64,000 bases of DNA. It comes from Eledone cirrhosa. Its lineage: Eukaryota. The first letter of the stretch is position 1. The number at the start of each line of letters is the position of its first letter. Positions 39,698 through 51,594 of this stretch are shown one piece after another. The notes beneath the pieces were generated by a model. That model searched no databases and was not told the DNA's origin. It saw only the letters and a program-made list of their open reading frames with translations. The stretch covers positions 308,450,001 to 308,514,000 of the forward strand of contig OZ024743.1 of NCBI GenBank assembly GCA_964016885.1, written 5' to 3'. A program made the position numbers and the translations under genes.

Positions 39698-41238
39698 TTT
39701 TGTTAAAAAACATTTCTACAGGAACATTTATTTTCGATGAACCATTGCCTTTTTTTTTTTTCATCGTTTTCTTCATCGTTCAAGTTTTTTTTTCCAAAGT
39801 TCACACCAATAATTATGCTGAGTGAAGCCTTTCTTTTTAATCATTGTCACTTTCACACTTGCACCATCATTTTCTCGCGCGTTAGAAATATTATTTTTCA
39901 ACCTTGTATTGGCACGTGTAGGCAGCACAAATTCTCGACTCACAGAGATAGCCGCACGCCAGAGATAACGTTTCTCGCCAAGGATTCTTCAGCCTTAAGC
40001 TATATTCTCCTATTTGCCGGTTTAAAAATTTACTACGTAAATTTGCCGTTGAAAACTGCGCATTTATTCAGAATGCTTATTTCTTTGGTCGCTGGCCTCT
40101 TGACCCTTCCAGGTCAACGCGTTCTCAACATCGACCATCAACTTCGGCTGCTATTTCTAGCACTTTGCGCAACTCATTTTTTCTGAAAAAAAATTTTTTT
40201 TTTTACTGTGAATTTAAACACCGAATACGCTCACTCAGCGAGACAACAGCAGCAGCGACAGCAACAGCAATATAACAGCAACAGCAATACAGCAGCAACA
40301 GCAATACAGCAGCAACAGCAATACTGCAGCAACAGCAATACTGCAGCAACAGCAGCAGCAACAGCAATACAGCAGCAACAGCAGCAGCAACAGCAGCCGC
40401 AACAGCAGCAGCAACAGCAATACAGCAGCAGCAGCAACAGCAATACAGCAGCAACAGCAACAGCAATACAGCAGCAACAGCAACAGCAATATAACAGCAA
40501 CAGCAGCAGCAACAGCAACAGCAATACATCAACACAGCTTCACCAACAACCAAAGCCAGAGAATTTATTTTTGCAGCACTCTTCCTGTGAGAAAATCCAT
40601 TCGGAGGTTGGAAATTTCACGATATACCACAGAACAGAGACCACCTGCATTCATTCTCTGGAACACACTTTCTTTCCTGCTGTCATGTGATTGCACACCT
40701 GTGAACTATATTTTGTACATTTGAACTTTGAGCCCTTCTCTTACTTTACTACCTTGAAATCTATCATTGATTTTTGCAAACATTCTGTTGTCGTAATTTT
40801 CATGCCTGTTACAACATTCTCACCAACTTGCTACATATTTCAATTCGATTTTTATATTCTAAAATTCTGGCGGGAGGTTATGTAGCGGTTGTCTCCCTTG
40901 TTTGGATTAACATCTAGACGGGAAGTAGAACCCTTTCTGTAACTTCCGGTCAGAACCCTATAAAACTAACAACTTTAAGTTCTCATTCTCTCATTTGGCT
41001 CTGCCTCTCATTTGGCTCTGCCTCTCATTTGGCCTTCCGGCGCCTGGCTGGCCATAGCCAGGCGTCCTCTGCCAGCCGCGTTTGCCTGGCAATCAAAACG
41101 GTAACGACTAACTTTGTTTCATTCTATCATCTATTTCTTTGACATGTCAACTATACTATCTACCATTGTTAATTAAATATTATACACACAAACAATGTAT
41201 TCCTTGTTACATTCATACAACCCAGTATCTTCGCTACA
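39029..41238 (+). mobile_element. Young non-autonomous LTR retroelement (TRIM/LARD-like, Gypsy-type hallmarks)
   Basis: LTRs 39029-39382 and 40881-41238 (TGTAGCG...CGCTACA) differ by 2 substitutions and one 4-bp indel; 4-bp TSD AGCG; tRNA-Trp-type PBS at 39384; purine tract GGCGGGAGG before the 3' LTR; no recognisable gag/pol in the 1.5-kb interior. Confidence 0.95.
40243..40530 (+). repeat. (CAG/CAA/AATA) imperfect microsatellite inside the LTR element
   Basis: CAGCAA repeats punctuated by AATA; frame shifts among polyQ, polyA/T and polyS/N. Confidence 0.9.
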
Positions 41239-42369
41239 AGCGTTTCAGTTAACGTCAGTGTTTACGTTAGCGTCTGTGTCAGCATTTACGTTAACGTCTG
41301 TGTCAGCGTTTACGTTAGCTTCTACGTCAGCGTTTCCGTAACGTCTGCGTCAGCGTTTACGTTAGCATTGGCGTTTCCATTAACCTTTCCTGTGGTGTCC
41401 GCATCATTGCAGCGTCTGCATATCCCATGTAAGCGTTAACTTCAGCATTTGCGTCAGCGTTAGCGTTAGCCTTAGCGTCAGCATACACGTCAGCGCCGGC
41501 AAAACTGCCTCAACATTTGAGTCAGCGTTAGCGTTAGCTTTGGCTTTAGCAATCCGCATCAGCAATTGCGATTTGGAGATCAGCTTCGGCGGTAGGGGTA
41601 AACGCTAATTTCTACGCCTGCATCTACGTTAACAACTACGTCAGCGTTTTGTTAGCTTCTACGTCAGTGTTTACATTAGCTTCTACGTCAGCATCTACGT
41701 TAGCTTCTACGTCAGTGTCTACGTTAACATCTACGTCATCGTTTACGTTAGCTTCTACGTCAGCATCTACATTAACTTCTACGTCAGCGCTTACATTAGT
41801 GTCTGTGTCAGCATTTACGTTAGCTTCTACGTCATCGTTTACATTAGCGTCTGCGTCATCATTTACGTTAGCGTCTGTGTCAACGTGTGTTAGCATCTGT
41901 GTCAGCGTTTATGTTAGCGTCTGCGTCAGTATTTATATTAGCATCTGCATCAGTGTTTACGTTAGCATCTGTGTTAACGTGTGTTAGTGTCTGTGTCAGC
42001 GTCTGCGTCAGCATTTTCATTAGTGTTTGCATCAGTGTTTCCTTTAGCTTCTACGTCAATGTTTACGTCTGCGTTAAGGTTCACATTAGCATCGCTGTCA
42101 TCGTTTGCGTTTGCTTTAACATCTGCATCAACATTTGCGTCTGTGTTTGCATTAGTGTCTGCATTTGCTTTAGTGTTTGCATCAGCGTGAGCATTTGTGT
42201 CAGTGTCCATGTCAGCGTTAGAGTCTGTGTAGCATTTACATCAGCGTGTGCGTCAGAGTCTTTGTCAGCATTCGCCTTTGCACCTGCATCAGTATTCACG
42301 TTAGTGTTTGTGTCAGCGTAAGCGATTGTGTCAACATTTGCGCTAGCGTTTGTGCCAGTTTAGCAGCAT

Positions 42370-42890
42370 GGTGTATAAATGTTATTGAGACACGAGTAAC
42401 ACAATAATGATGTCAACAGCAGAAATTAGAGATGAAATGTATGTTTATTTTGTTGTAGCACAAATAATTGTTTCTACTTTAGGCACAAGGCCAGCAATTA
42501 CCCAGTGCATTACTGGTACTTTATTTTATCGACCCCGTAAGGATGAACGGCAAAGTCAACCTCGGCGGGATTTGAACTCAGATCGTAAAGGGACGTAACT
42601 ATGCTGGAATTGGTTAACTTGTATGGTTGAAGTTACACATAAAATGAGGTTACAAAAGGGAATGTGCCATTCCGCCGGAAAGCCGGCAGGCTAAGATGCA
42701 AAATCTCACCGTCACATGTTGCTGGTTCGAAGTTCCTGGTGCGAGAGGAAGATTCTTCAAATCTTCGCGGGGAATTTCTCCCTCTGGACGCGTAGGGATA
42801 CATCCTCTTCTACTGGCGTTGATTGGCTGAGCTGAGCCAAATCACGCACAGAGGATGTATGTGAGCCCGCGGAATGTAGGTCACTACACC
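42370..42890 (-). mobile_element. Solo LTR-like insertion containing a nested SINE
   Basis: Termini (T)GGTGTA...TACACC(A); flanking direct repeat AGCAT at 42365 and 42891; AATAAA on the minus strand near 42445. Confidence 0.65.
42465..42610 (-). mobile_element. Nin/Deu-like tRNA-SINE, 5' truncated
   Basis: Near-identical to 22203-22347. Confidence 0.85.
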
Positions 42891-43936
42891 AGCATAGCCA
42901 TCTTCGTCAGTGTCGGCGTTAGTGTTAGTGTTAGTGTTTCCATTAGTGTTCGTGTTAGTGTTTGATTTTGTATTAGTGTTAGCGTTAGTGTTCAGGTTAG
43001 TGTTAGTGTTTGTGTTAGTGTTCAGGTTAATGTTGACTTAGTTTTCTGGTTAGTGTTAGTTTTCAGGTTAGGGCTCGTGTTACTTTTAGTGTTAGTGCTC
43101 AGGTTAGTGGTTTATGGTAGTGTTAGTTTTAGTGGTAGTGTTAGTGTTCAGGTTAAGGTTAATGTTCGTGTTAATGTCAGTTTTAGTTTTAGTGTTCAGG
43201 TTAGTGTTAGTGTTTACGGTAGTGTTAGTTTTAGTGTTAGTGTTATTTTTTCCATTACTGTTAGTGTTTTATTTTGTGTTAATGTTTGAGTTAGTGTTTC
43301 CATTAGTGTTAGTGCTAGTCTTTGTTTTTCTGTTAATGTTAGTGTTTGTTTTAGTGTTGAGGTTAATGTTAGCTTAGTTTTCTGGTTAGTATCAGTTTTC
43401 GTGTTAGTGTTAGTTTTTATGGTAGTGTTAGTGTTACTGTTAGTGCTCAGATCAGTGTTAGTGTTTGTGTTACTGTTTATGGTAGTGTTAGTTTTAGTGC
43501 TAGTGTTTAGGTTAATGTTAGTTTTAGTGTTAAGGTTAGTGTTTCAGATTGTGTTAGTGTTTGTTTTTGTGTTAATATTTGTGTTAGTATCTCTGTTAGC
43601 ATTAGTGATTGATGTTTCCATTAGTGTTAGTGATTGTGTTAGCGTTAGTCTTTGTTTTTGTGTTAATGTTAGCATTAGCATGAGTGTTTGTGTTAGTGTT
43701 CAGGTTAATGTTAGCTTAGTTTTCAGGTTAGTGTTAGTGTTCAAGTTAATGTTAGTTTTAGTGTTAGAGATTGTGTTAGTGTTTGTTTTTGTGTTAATAT
43801 TTGTGTTAGTATCTCTGTTAGTGTTAGTTTTAGTGTAAGTGTTCAGGTTAGTTTTAGTGTTCAAGTTAATGTTAGTGTTAAGGTTAGTGTTAGAGATTGT
43901 GTTAGTGTTAGTATTTGTTTTTGTGTTAATATTTGT

Positions 43937-44164
43937 GCTTCAGTAATCCAGTGAAACTACACACCAATTGGTCGAAATACAGTTTGCAAAATTTAGCATT
44001 CTGTAGCCGCTTTTCAATGTATATAAGGCACACAATTTACCCATCTCATTACAGTTGAAAATTGCAAACTTGACTGTCACCAGAGAATATGAACCTGAAG
44101 ATTGCGAAAGCATGAAAGTACTTGTTCAATTAACATTTAACACTTAATATTCTACCATACTATT
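43937..44164 (+). mobile_element. Penelope pseudo-LTR copy 1
   Basis: Direct repeat of 48387-48621; carries a hammerhead. Confidence 0.8.
44090..44128 (+). ncRNA. Minimal type I hammerhead ribozyme
   Basis: TGAAC-CTGAAGA-TTGC[GAAA]GCAT-GAAA-GTAC-TT-GTTCA: stem I TGAAC/GTTCA, GNRA-capped stem II, palindromic stem III AGTACT, CUU triplet. Confidence 0.8.
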
Positions 44165-45040
44165 CAGATTACATCTATAAAATTCAGATTACATCTATAT
44201 ATATACACATACATATATATATATATATATATACATTCATATATATACATACATACACACATATACATATATACAAATACACATATACATGCATATATAT
44301 ACATATATACATATATATACATGCATATATATATACATATACAATATGTATAGGATTCCTTTCCCTTTGAGCACATAATTTACAGGGAATAACGCGACTA
44401 TGGCTCCGTTAATTTATTTTCATATATATACATACACACATATATATACATACACACACACACATATATGCATACACACACACATATATATACATACACA
44501 CACACATATGCATACACACACATATATATATACATACACACATATATATACATACACACGCACATATATATATAGATATACATACATCTACATATATATA
44601 GATTCATGCATACATACACACACGCACACACATATATATATATATATATGTATAAAGTACTTGACGATGAGCATTCTAGTTGTTCAATAAACTGATTGAA
44701 TAATACAAACAATGTTTTAATATACAGATTCATTATTTGTGTATATATAATATATACAAAGCATATAAATAAATTTACAGTAGAATAACATAGCAAATAT
44801 GTTTTAAATATATACATAAATAACATTACCAATGCTTAAATAACATTATAAATTGCTCGCGATTCTTTCAGAAGGATATATTCCTTTAATGTTGCAATAT
44901 TAAAGAAAAGAAAATATACGTATATAAATATACATACATATATTTATTCAACTAAGGAAAGTTGGTTGATTGAAAATCTGCCGACTCTTTCATAAGAGAT
45001 GACAACAGTTTATGTTTATCCGGAGTTTTATTATAATAAT

Positions 45041-45140
45041 TGTTTCTACTTTAGCACAAGGCCAGCAATTACCCAATGTATTACTGGTACTTTATTTTAT
45101 CGACCCCATAAGGATGAAAGGCAAAGTTAACCTCGGCGGG
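45041..45140 (-). mobile_element. Nin/Deu-like SINE, 5' truncated
   Basis: Family match; 10-bp TSD TTATAATAAT at 45031 and 45141. Confidence 0.85.
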
Positions 45141-45141
45141 T

Positions 45142-45381
45142 TATAATAATAAACAAGAAAGACGGTATCATTGGCCCATCACTATTTATTTTATTATGCG
45201 TATTTCATTTGTATAACATCTGCCCTACGTGTTTTCATATCAACGGATATTTACATCTTGCATGAATTTTTGTCGAAGAAAACACGTAGGGCAGATATTA
45301 TACTAATAACATATGTCTTCGAAATAAGTATAATAAAATAAATAGGGATGAACAAGTGATACCGTCTTCTTTATTATTATA
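45142..45381. repeat. ~240-bp imperfect fold-back
   Basis: Paired arms GACGGTATCA/TGATACCGTC, CTATTTATTTTATTAT/ATAATAAAATAAATAG and ATCTGCCCTACGTGTTTTC/GAAAACACGTAGGGCAGAT. Confidence 0.75.
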
Positions 45382-45419
45382 CACACACACACAGACACAT
45401 ATATATATATATACATAGT

Positions 45420-45490
<71 letters not shown>

Positions 45491-45681
45491 CATACATAGT
45501 AATAATAATAATATTTATACTTATATATGATTATAAATATGGATGCTAGTACTAAGTACTAGCCAGTTACCGGTAGGAGAAAAGGCTCAATGTAAATTTT
45601 CAAATGTATTACAGAGCCGAGATACAAAATATAAAACAATAAAATCTTAGTTTAATACATTTAATTGCTGATAATTTTTTT

Positions 45682-45765
<84 letters not shown>

Positions 45766-47171
45766 TACAATATATTAATAAATGGAAACTATATTTATAA
45801 AACCATATTTATTGTATACATATTTCAAGGGCCACCAAGGCAAATTATGGTGCGCTTTCATCAGATAAAATACATATATATATATATACATACATACACA
45901 CATATATATATGTAGAAGTTCTATTTAAATTGTTGGGATACAACAAACAAATATTTTTATAACTGATATAAAGCACTCAACAAATTATTGGAGTAAAAAT
46001 ACGATATATTAACAAATGGAAACTATATTTATACATATTTCAAGGACACCAAGTTAAATTATGGTGTGTTTTCATCAGATAAAATATAATATAGATCAGT
46101 TTTATAAATAAATATTGACATATCCTTAAAGAATGCGACCATTTCTGTTGGAAGCTCCCGGATAGTGGGGTTATACATTTATTTATACTATTATGCAAAT
46201 TAGTGTCGGATATTTTTAAATCACAGTAGATTTAAAATAAGCCGTTGGGGTATGGAGAAAGGGAAGAGAAAAAAGAGAAAAAAGCAAACTTTAAGAGGAA
46301 AATAAGAAAACAAGAAAAAGAGAAAGAGAAAAAGAAGAAAAAAAGAAAAGAGAAAAGAGAAAGAGAAAGAGAAAGCTCTAAGTGATAGGTTGTTGTATTA
46401 ACGTAACTTTTAAGATGAAGTGAAAAAATAAATATTTATTGGATGAGTAATGTAAATAAGCGTGAATGGAAAATAAATAAATAATAACAGAATTTTAACC
46501 AGTGTTTAAATATGATTAAATGTTTAGTTTATCAATTAAATTATCCATCAAATTATTGAGATCTATACATTAAAAATTGAGATCTATATATTATTAAAAA
46601 TCTATATATTATTAAAACCTATATATTATTAAAAGAATATATTCATATATATACATACGCACACATACATATATATACATATAAATATATACATATACCT
46701 ACACATAACATACATATAGAGATAATAAAGGACTTTTTATGCATAAGATATAGGTATTTTCCTAAACATATAGATTTTTTGGAGAAACCAGAGAAAAAAG
46801 CCGGAGAAAAAACATTTCTATGTAATAGCAAAACAGCGTGAAGGAAATTAAGTTATTTGCTTATATTAAATGTTATAAATGTTAAGATAACAAAGGAAAT
46901 TTAAGATTATAGAAACCTTATGTTATAATACAAACCTTATATTATAAATTTTATATCTAATAAATCCACCTGTTATGTAGTTGTGATTGTTATTATATAA
47001 GTTTGTTTATCACGAACCTTAAGAAAACCCTTATAACCGAGTGCATTCGAATTGTATGAATATATATATATATATACACACAACTCCCACATAGATACAC
47101 ATAGACATACACACACATGCAGGTAGATATGCATCATATATATATATATATATATATACATATATATATAC

Positions 47172-47264
<93 letters not shown>

Positions 47265-47330
47265 CACATATATATATATACATATATATATACACATATA
47301 TATACATATATATATACATAATATATATAC

Positions 47331-47399
<69 letters not shown>

Positions 47400-47400
47400 C

Positions 47401-47433
<33 letters not shown>

Positions 47434-47511
47434 CACATATATATATATACATATATATATACATATATATATACATATATACATAATATATATACATATA
47501 TATATATATAC

Positions 47512-47544
<33 letters not shown>

Positions 47545-47611
47545 CATATATATATACATACACATATATATATATATACATATATATATACATACACATA
47601 TATATACATAC

Positions 47612-47658
<47 letters not shown>

Positions 47659-47671
47659 CATATATATATAC

Positions 47672-47716
<45 letters not shown>

Positions 47717-47717
47717 C

Positions 47718-47750
<33 letters not shown>

Positions 47751-47787
47751 CATATATATATAGATATATATATACATATAGATATAG

Positions 47788-47818
<31 letters not shown>

Positions 47819-47822
47819 CATG

Positions 47823-48675
47823 TCAATCCATACACGCCGGTCAATATATGAAAACAAAAGCTGGAAAAATATTCTCAAATGCAAATATGAACTGCAAAAG
47901 CAGAAATCTAATTTACTGCATTAAATGCCCGAATTGTGAAGAACTATATGTCGGTCAAACTGGAAATGCACTATCGGAACGTGCACGGGTACACCGTCAA
48001 CAAATCAGAGACCCAAATGTCCGTCAGATACCCCTAAGCGGCCACCTGGCAACATGTGGTCAGGGAATATTTATAATATTCCCATTCTACAAATTACACA
48101 GCCCAAGTGAAATCAAGAGAAAAATCAAAGAAAAGAATTTTATTGATAAATTCAAACCCAAGCTAAATGAACAATAATAACGCCTAGGGGTATTACTTCT
48201 ACTACCACTATGACCACGACCACTAACAACAACAACAATAATAATAATAATAAAAGTGATGTTGATGGTGATGATTAATAGAAAATGCTATTTTCATCAT
48301 TTCTAAAAATAGCAAAACAATTGATGCGTTGGATATGACTATTGGTCGTTAGCATGCTCAACCAGCCGTGACGCTTAAACCAATCAGCTTTAGTAATTCA
48401 GTGAAACTACACACTGATTGGTCGAAATACAGTTTACAGGGCTTTGCATTCTGGAGCCACTTTTCTGTATAAAATGTATAAAAGGTAGGAAATTTACCCA
48501 TCTCATTACAGTTGAAAATTGCAAACTCGACTGTCACCACATATTATGAACCTGAAGATTGCGAAAGCATGAAAGTACTTGTTCAATTAACACTTAGAAT
48601 TTAATATTCTATCATACTATTTCATTATGTTCAATTAACACTTAGAATTTAATATTCTATCATACTATTTCATTA
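47823..48675 (+). mobile_element. 5'-truncated Penelope-like element: GIY-YIG endonuclease C-terminus + 3' pseudo-LTR
   Basis: ORF 47848-48177 has [36 protein letters not shown]; pLTR at 48387-48621; a 48-bp terminal tandem duplication at 48580-48675. Confidence 0.9.
48547..48585 (+). ncRNA. Minimal type I hammerhead ribozyme (identical to 44090-44128)
   Basis: TGAACCTGAAGATTGCGAAAGCATGAAAGTACTTGTTCA in the 3' pLTR. Confidence 0.82.
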
Positions 48676-48799
48676 TAATACCATTATATATTTTAAAGGA
48701 TTGTAAATAAAACGAGTAAATCAGACAAAGTTGGAATTCCTCTTATTAATATAATCTTCTATACACAATCATACACACCTGTGTATATTTACCTATCTA

Positions 48800-48902
<103 letters not shown>

Positions 48903-49414
48903 AGATATATATATAGATATATTTAATACAATAACAGAGATAGTTTAAAGCTAAACTCTGACTGGTAACCATCTCACTCAACAAACAGGTTATATTAAAA
49001 TATAAACCCAATTTAAGTGTTTGGGGTGTTAACAAAATGTATAATGTGGAAAAACCAGTTGTATTATTTTATGAGATATAATTAAAGTTAAAGTATATCT
49101 CTCTTTCCAAACAATTGTTTCATTATAAGTTTTCTACAAGTTTGGGAGAATGTTTCCAGTTTATGTAGAAGCCTAATATATATTCATGTAAGAATATATT
49201 TAGGTGGGCACTTATAAATCGTCAGTGGAAGCCCATTAAACATTGAAATAAGAAAACAATTTCTTACAGCTGTCAAAAATCATGTCCGTAAAGTAGCTCT
49301 CTCTCACCTCGAATGACCGCCAAATTTGAAAAGCCAGCAGTTTTTGACTGAGGAAGTATCATAGCGACACGAAGTGGGAAGGGGAGACAACCCACGAAAT
49401 GAGGAAAAAAATAA

Positions 49415-49805
49415 TATACACGCGGGTTAATTAGTTTTTTTGAAAACATTATCAATCCGACGTGTTCAAGAACTCAATTGAAAATAAAAAAATAAATATA
49501 TGCTTGTATAAATTACACACGCATATAGATATTTTCTTAGGCTAAATCAGAAGTTGTACCCGAATAAGAACCGCTTCTCATAACCGCAGTAAATGCAGAA
49601 AGTTATGCTATAAAGGGCAAATGGGAATATAATTCTCCGGCCGAAATATTAAGAGTAAAATATAAAACACACGCGGGTTAATTAGTTATTGCAAAACCAA
49701 TATTAGTTCCTCGTGTAAAGAACTCAATTAATAAAAGAAAATCAATACACATATGCATGTATTATATACGTAGTCATATATATATATTTTCCTAGGCTAA
49801 AAAAC
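49415..49805. repeat. Diverged ~250-bp direct duplication upstream of the KRAB exon (possible promoter/5' exon region)
   Basis: ACACGCGGGTTAATTAGTT...CGTGT..AAGAACTCAATT...TAGGCTAAA occurs at ~49418 and ~49669. Confidence 0.55.
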
Positions 49806-50030
49806 AGAGAAGTTACAACCCCCAAAAAAGCCACAATATTTCACAACAGTAATAAAAACGGAAAGTCAAATTCATAAGGTGATGTTAAAACCCAGTGATG
49901 TTAAAACCCATCTATTAACATAGAGTTGTACATTATATCTAGCTGATTATAAAGCTTCTATGATGGTGTCCGTGTTTCACAGTCGTATATACATATATAT
50001 CAATTTTGTTGTTTTTCTATTATATTTCAG

Positions 50031-50175
50031 ATGAATTCTAAAACCGATATTGACCTCAACAATGTTTCTGGTGATATTGAACCTTTCTTCACTAAAGCTG
50101 AAATGGATAATATGTCTGATAAGAAAAAATATCTTCAAAATTCATGTAGAAATTACCAAGCAATGTTATTGCTTG
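50031..50175 (+). CDS. Exon encoding an ancestral KRAB-A-like box
   Basis: TTTCAG|ATG...; translation MNSKTDIDLNNVSGDIEPFFTKAEMDNMSDKKKYLQNSCRNYQAMLLLG; phase-1 donor G|GTAAAT inside the terminal Gly, as in KRAB-A and PRDM9 exons. Confidence 0.8.
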
Positions 50176-50584
50176 GTAAATATATTTTTGTGTATGATTC
50201 AGGTTTATGAGTACTGCAACAATGTTGAGCAAAACACATGACTTGTAATGTGTGTGTGTAATGATCATCAACTTTTTCCGCCAGCTGCTTTGTGGGTGTC
50301 CAGGGAGTCCAACCATCCATAGGCCCTTAATTCTTGAGAGAATCATAGGGGTATCACCTTGAACATTTAAACTTACGGGAATCCATATTTCTCCCGACTG
50401 GAATACAGCTGATTTCTTCCAGAGAGAGAGGTGTGTGAAATAGATGTTAAAGAAGAATCAATCCCAGTATTGAACTCGTTTTTTTATTTATTGATCAAAA
50501 AAATATGAGAGGTAAAGCTGATCTTGACAGGATTTGAACTCAGACTACAGTGAGCAAGATCAAATATTGTAAAGCATTATATTA

Positions 50585-50720
50585 GTAAGGATGAAAGGCA
50601 AAGTTAACCTCAAATCCCGCCGAGGTTAACTTTGCCTTTCATCCTTACAGGGTCGATAAAATAAAGTACCAGTAATACACTGGGATAATTGCTGGCCTTG
50701 TGCCAAAAGTAGAAACAATT
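50585..50720 (+). mobile_element. Nin/Deu-like SINE 3' part with a 5' inverted duplication
   Basis: 27-bp perfect inverted repeat at 50585-50611/50622-50648; TSD ATTATATTAGT at 50576 and 50718. Confidence 0.85.
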
Positions 50721-51228
50721 ATATTAGTTGTTCTAATGAATTTGTCACTTTGCAGTCGTGTCCAGGCTGTGGACACATAAAATAGCACTGATTCTACAGT
50801 GTCTTAGAAGAAACTTCTCTTAAGGCCATCTGATGGTAATGATATCTGAAGAACACTGAGGCCATTGAGAATAACCTACAATTTTGGGAGATATTTTACA
50901 TCTGTTTCTATGAATATGATGTTGTTTTTTAAGTATATAAATGAATCCACAGATTTTAGGTTTTACATCATTGAGTTTTTTTAGCCTTTACATGGCTGTA
51001 TTAATTCATGACCAGGACCCTAGCTTTCATATATCTTGGTACCCATTTGGCACATCAATCTTTCACTCTACTACAGCAAATATATATATATTGACAAGCC
51101 CCTAGGCTATTCTGATGTACTGATAGTCATTTTGACTATCAATGTAGCTATTTCACCTTTTAAATATTTAAAATTCTGTATTTTTATTGTTTTTATTTAA
51201 AAATGGATTATCTATATTTCTCTGTTAG

Positions 51229-51358
51229 GTTTATGTCCCATGAAACCATATTTTATGGAGTCCAAGAAATATCAACCGAAAAAAAGGTTTGAAGAAACTA
51301 AAACAGGTTATGAGGATATTGAATGGCTTTCTAGTTACAAAAAGAAAAGATGACAGAG
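51229..51358 (+). CDS. Second exon, PRDM9-like post-KRAB segment
   Basis: TCTGTTAG|GT; translation (G)LCPMKPYFMESKKYQPKKRFEETKTGYEDIEWLSSYKKKR*; donor GTATTA at 51359; TGA at 51351 follows an A-run. Confidence 0.72.
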
Positions 51359-51594
51359 GTATTAAGTTAAAATCTTTTAAACTTTTCATTACCAGCCTGG
51401 CTAAAACTAGTTCTGGTTCTATGAAACAAAACCACCCATTTTAAATTGTTCCAATGAAAATTAAAATCTTCCAACATACTTTTGTAAAACAACCATATGT
51501 TATGTCGCTATCTTATTGATGAAATAATGAATAATTTTAGTCAATCTTTCAAAATAATTAATTAACTAAGCAACACAAGCTTCAACACATCTTC

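Larger units (their letters stand above)
38290..43936. repeat. Degenerate hexamer low-complexity tract (GCGTCA/GCATCA/GTGTTA) interrupted by LTR insertions
   Basis: 6-bp periodicity throughout; it produces the many Asp-Ala-Asn and Val-Leu-Ser ORFs. Confidence 0.9.
44190..47822. repeat. (TA)n/(CA)n/(TATACA)n microsatellite-rich region with interspersed TE fragments
   Basis: Long imperfect TA tracts, including ~690 bp at 47135-47822; source of the YI-repeat ORFs. Confidence 0.95.

Noticed and set aside
40208-40690. PolyQ ORF
   Set aside because: A microsatellite inside an LTR element; non-ATG start, the repeat drifts between frames, and no domain is recognisable.
38252-43838. Asp/Ala/Asn- and Val/Leu-repeat ORFs (antifreeze- or biomineral-like)
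   Set aside because: Products of a hexamer repeat that is open in many frames on both strands, with scattered stops and TE interruptions.
44655-44700. Additional hammerhead-like motif TTGACGA-TGAGCA..TGTTCA
   Set aside because: Lacks the GAAA core and stem I; too degenerate to call.
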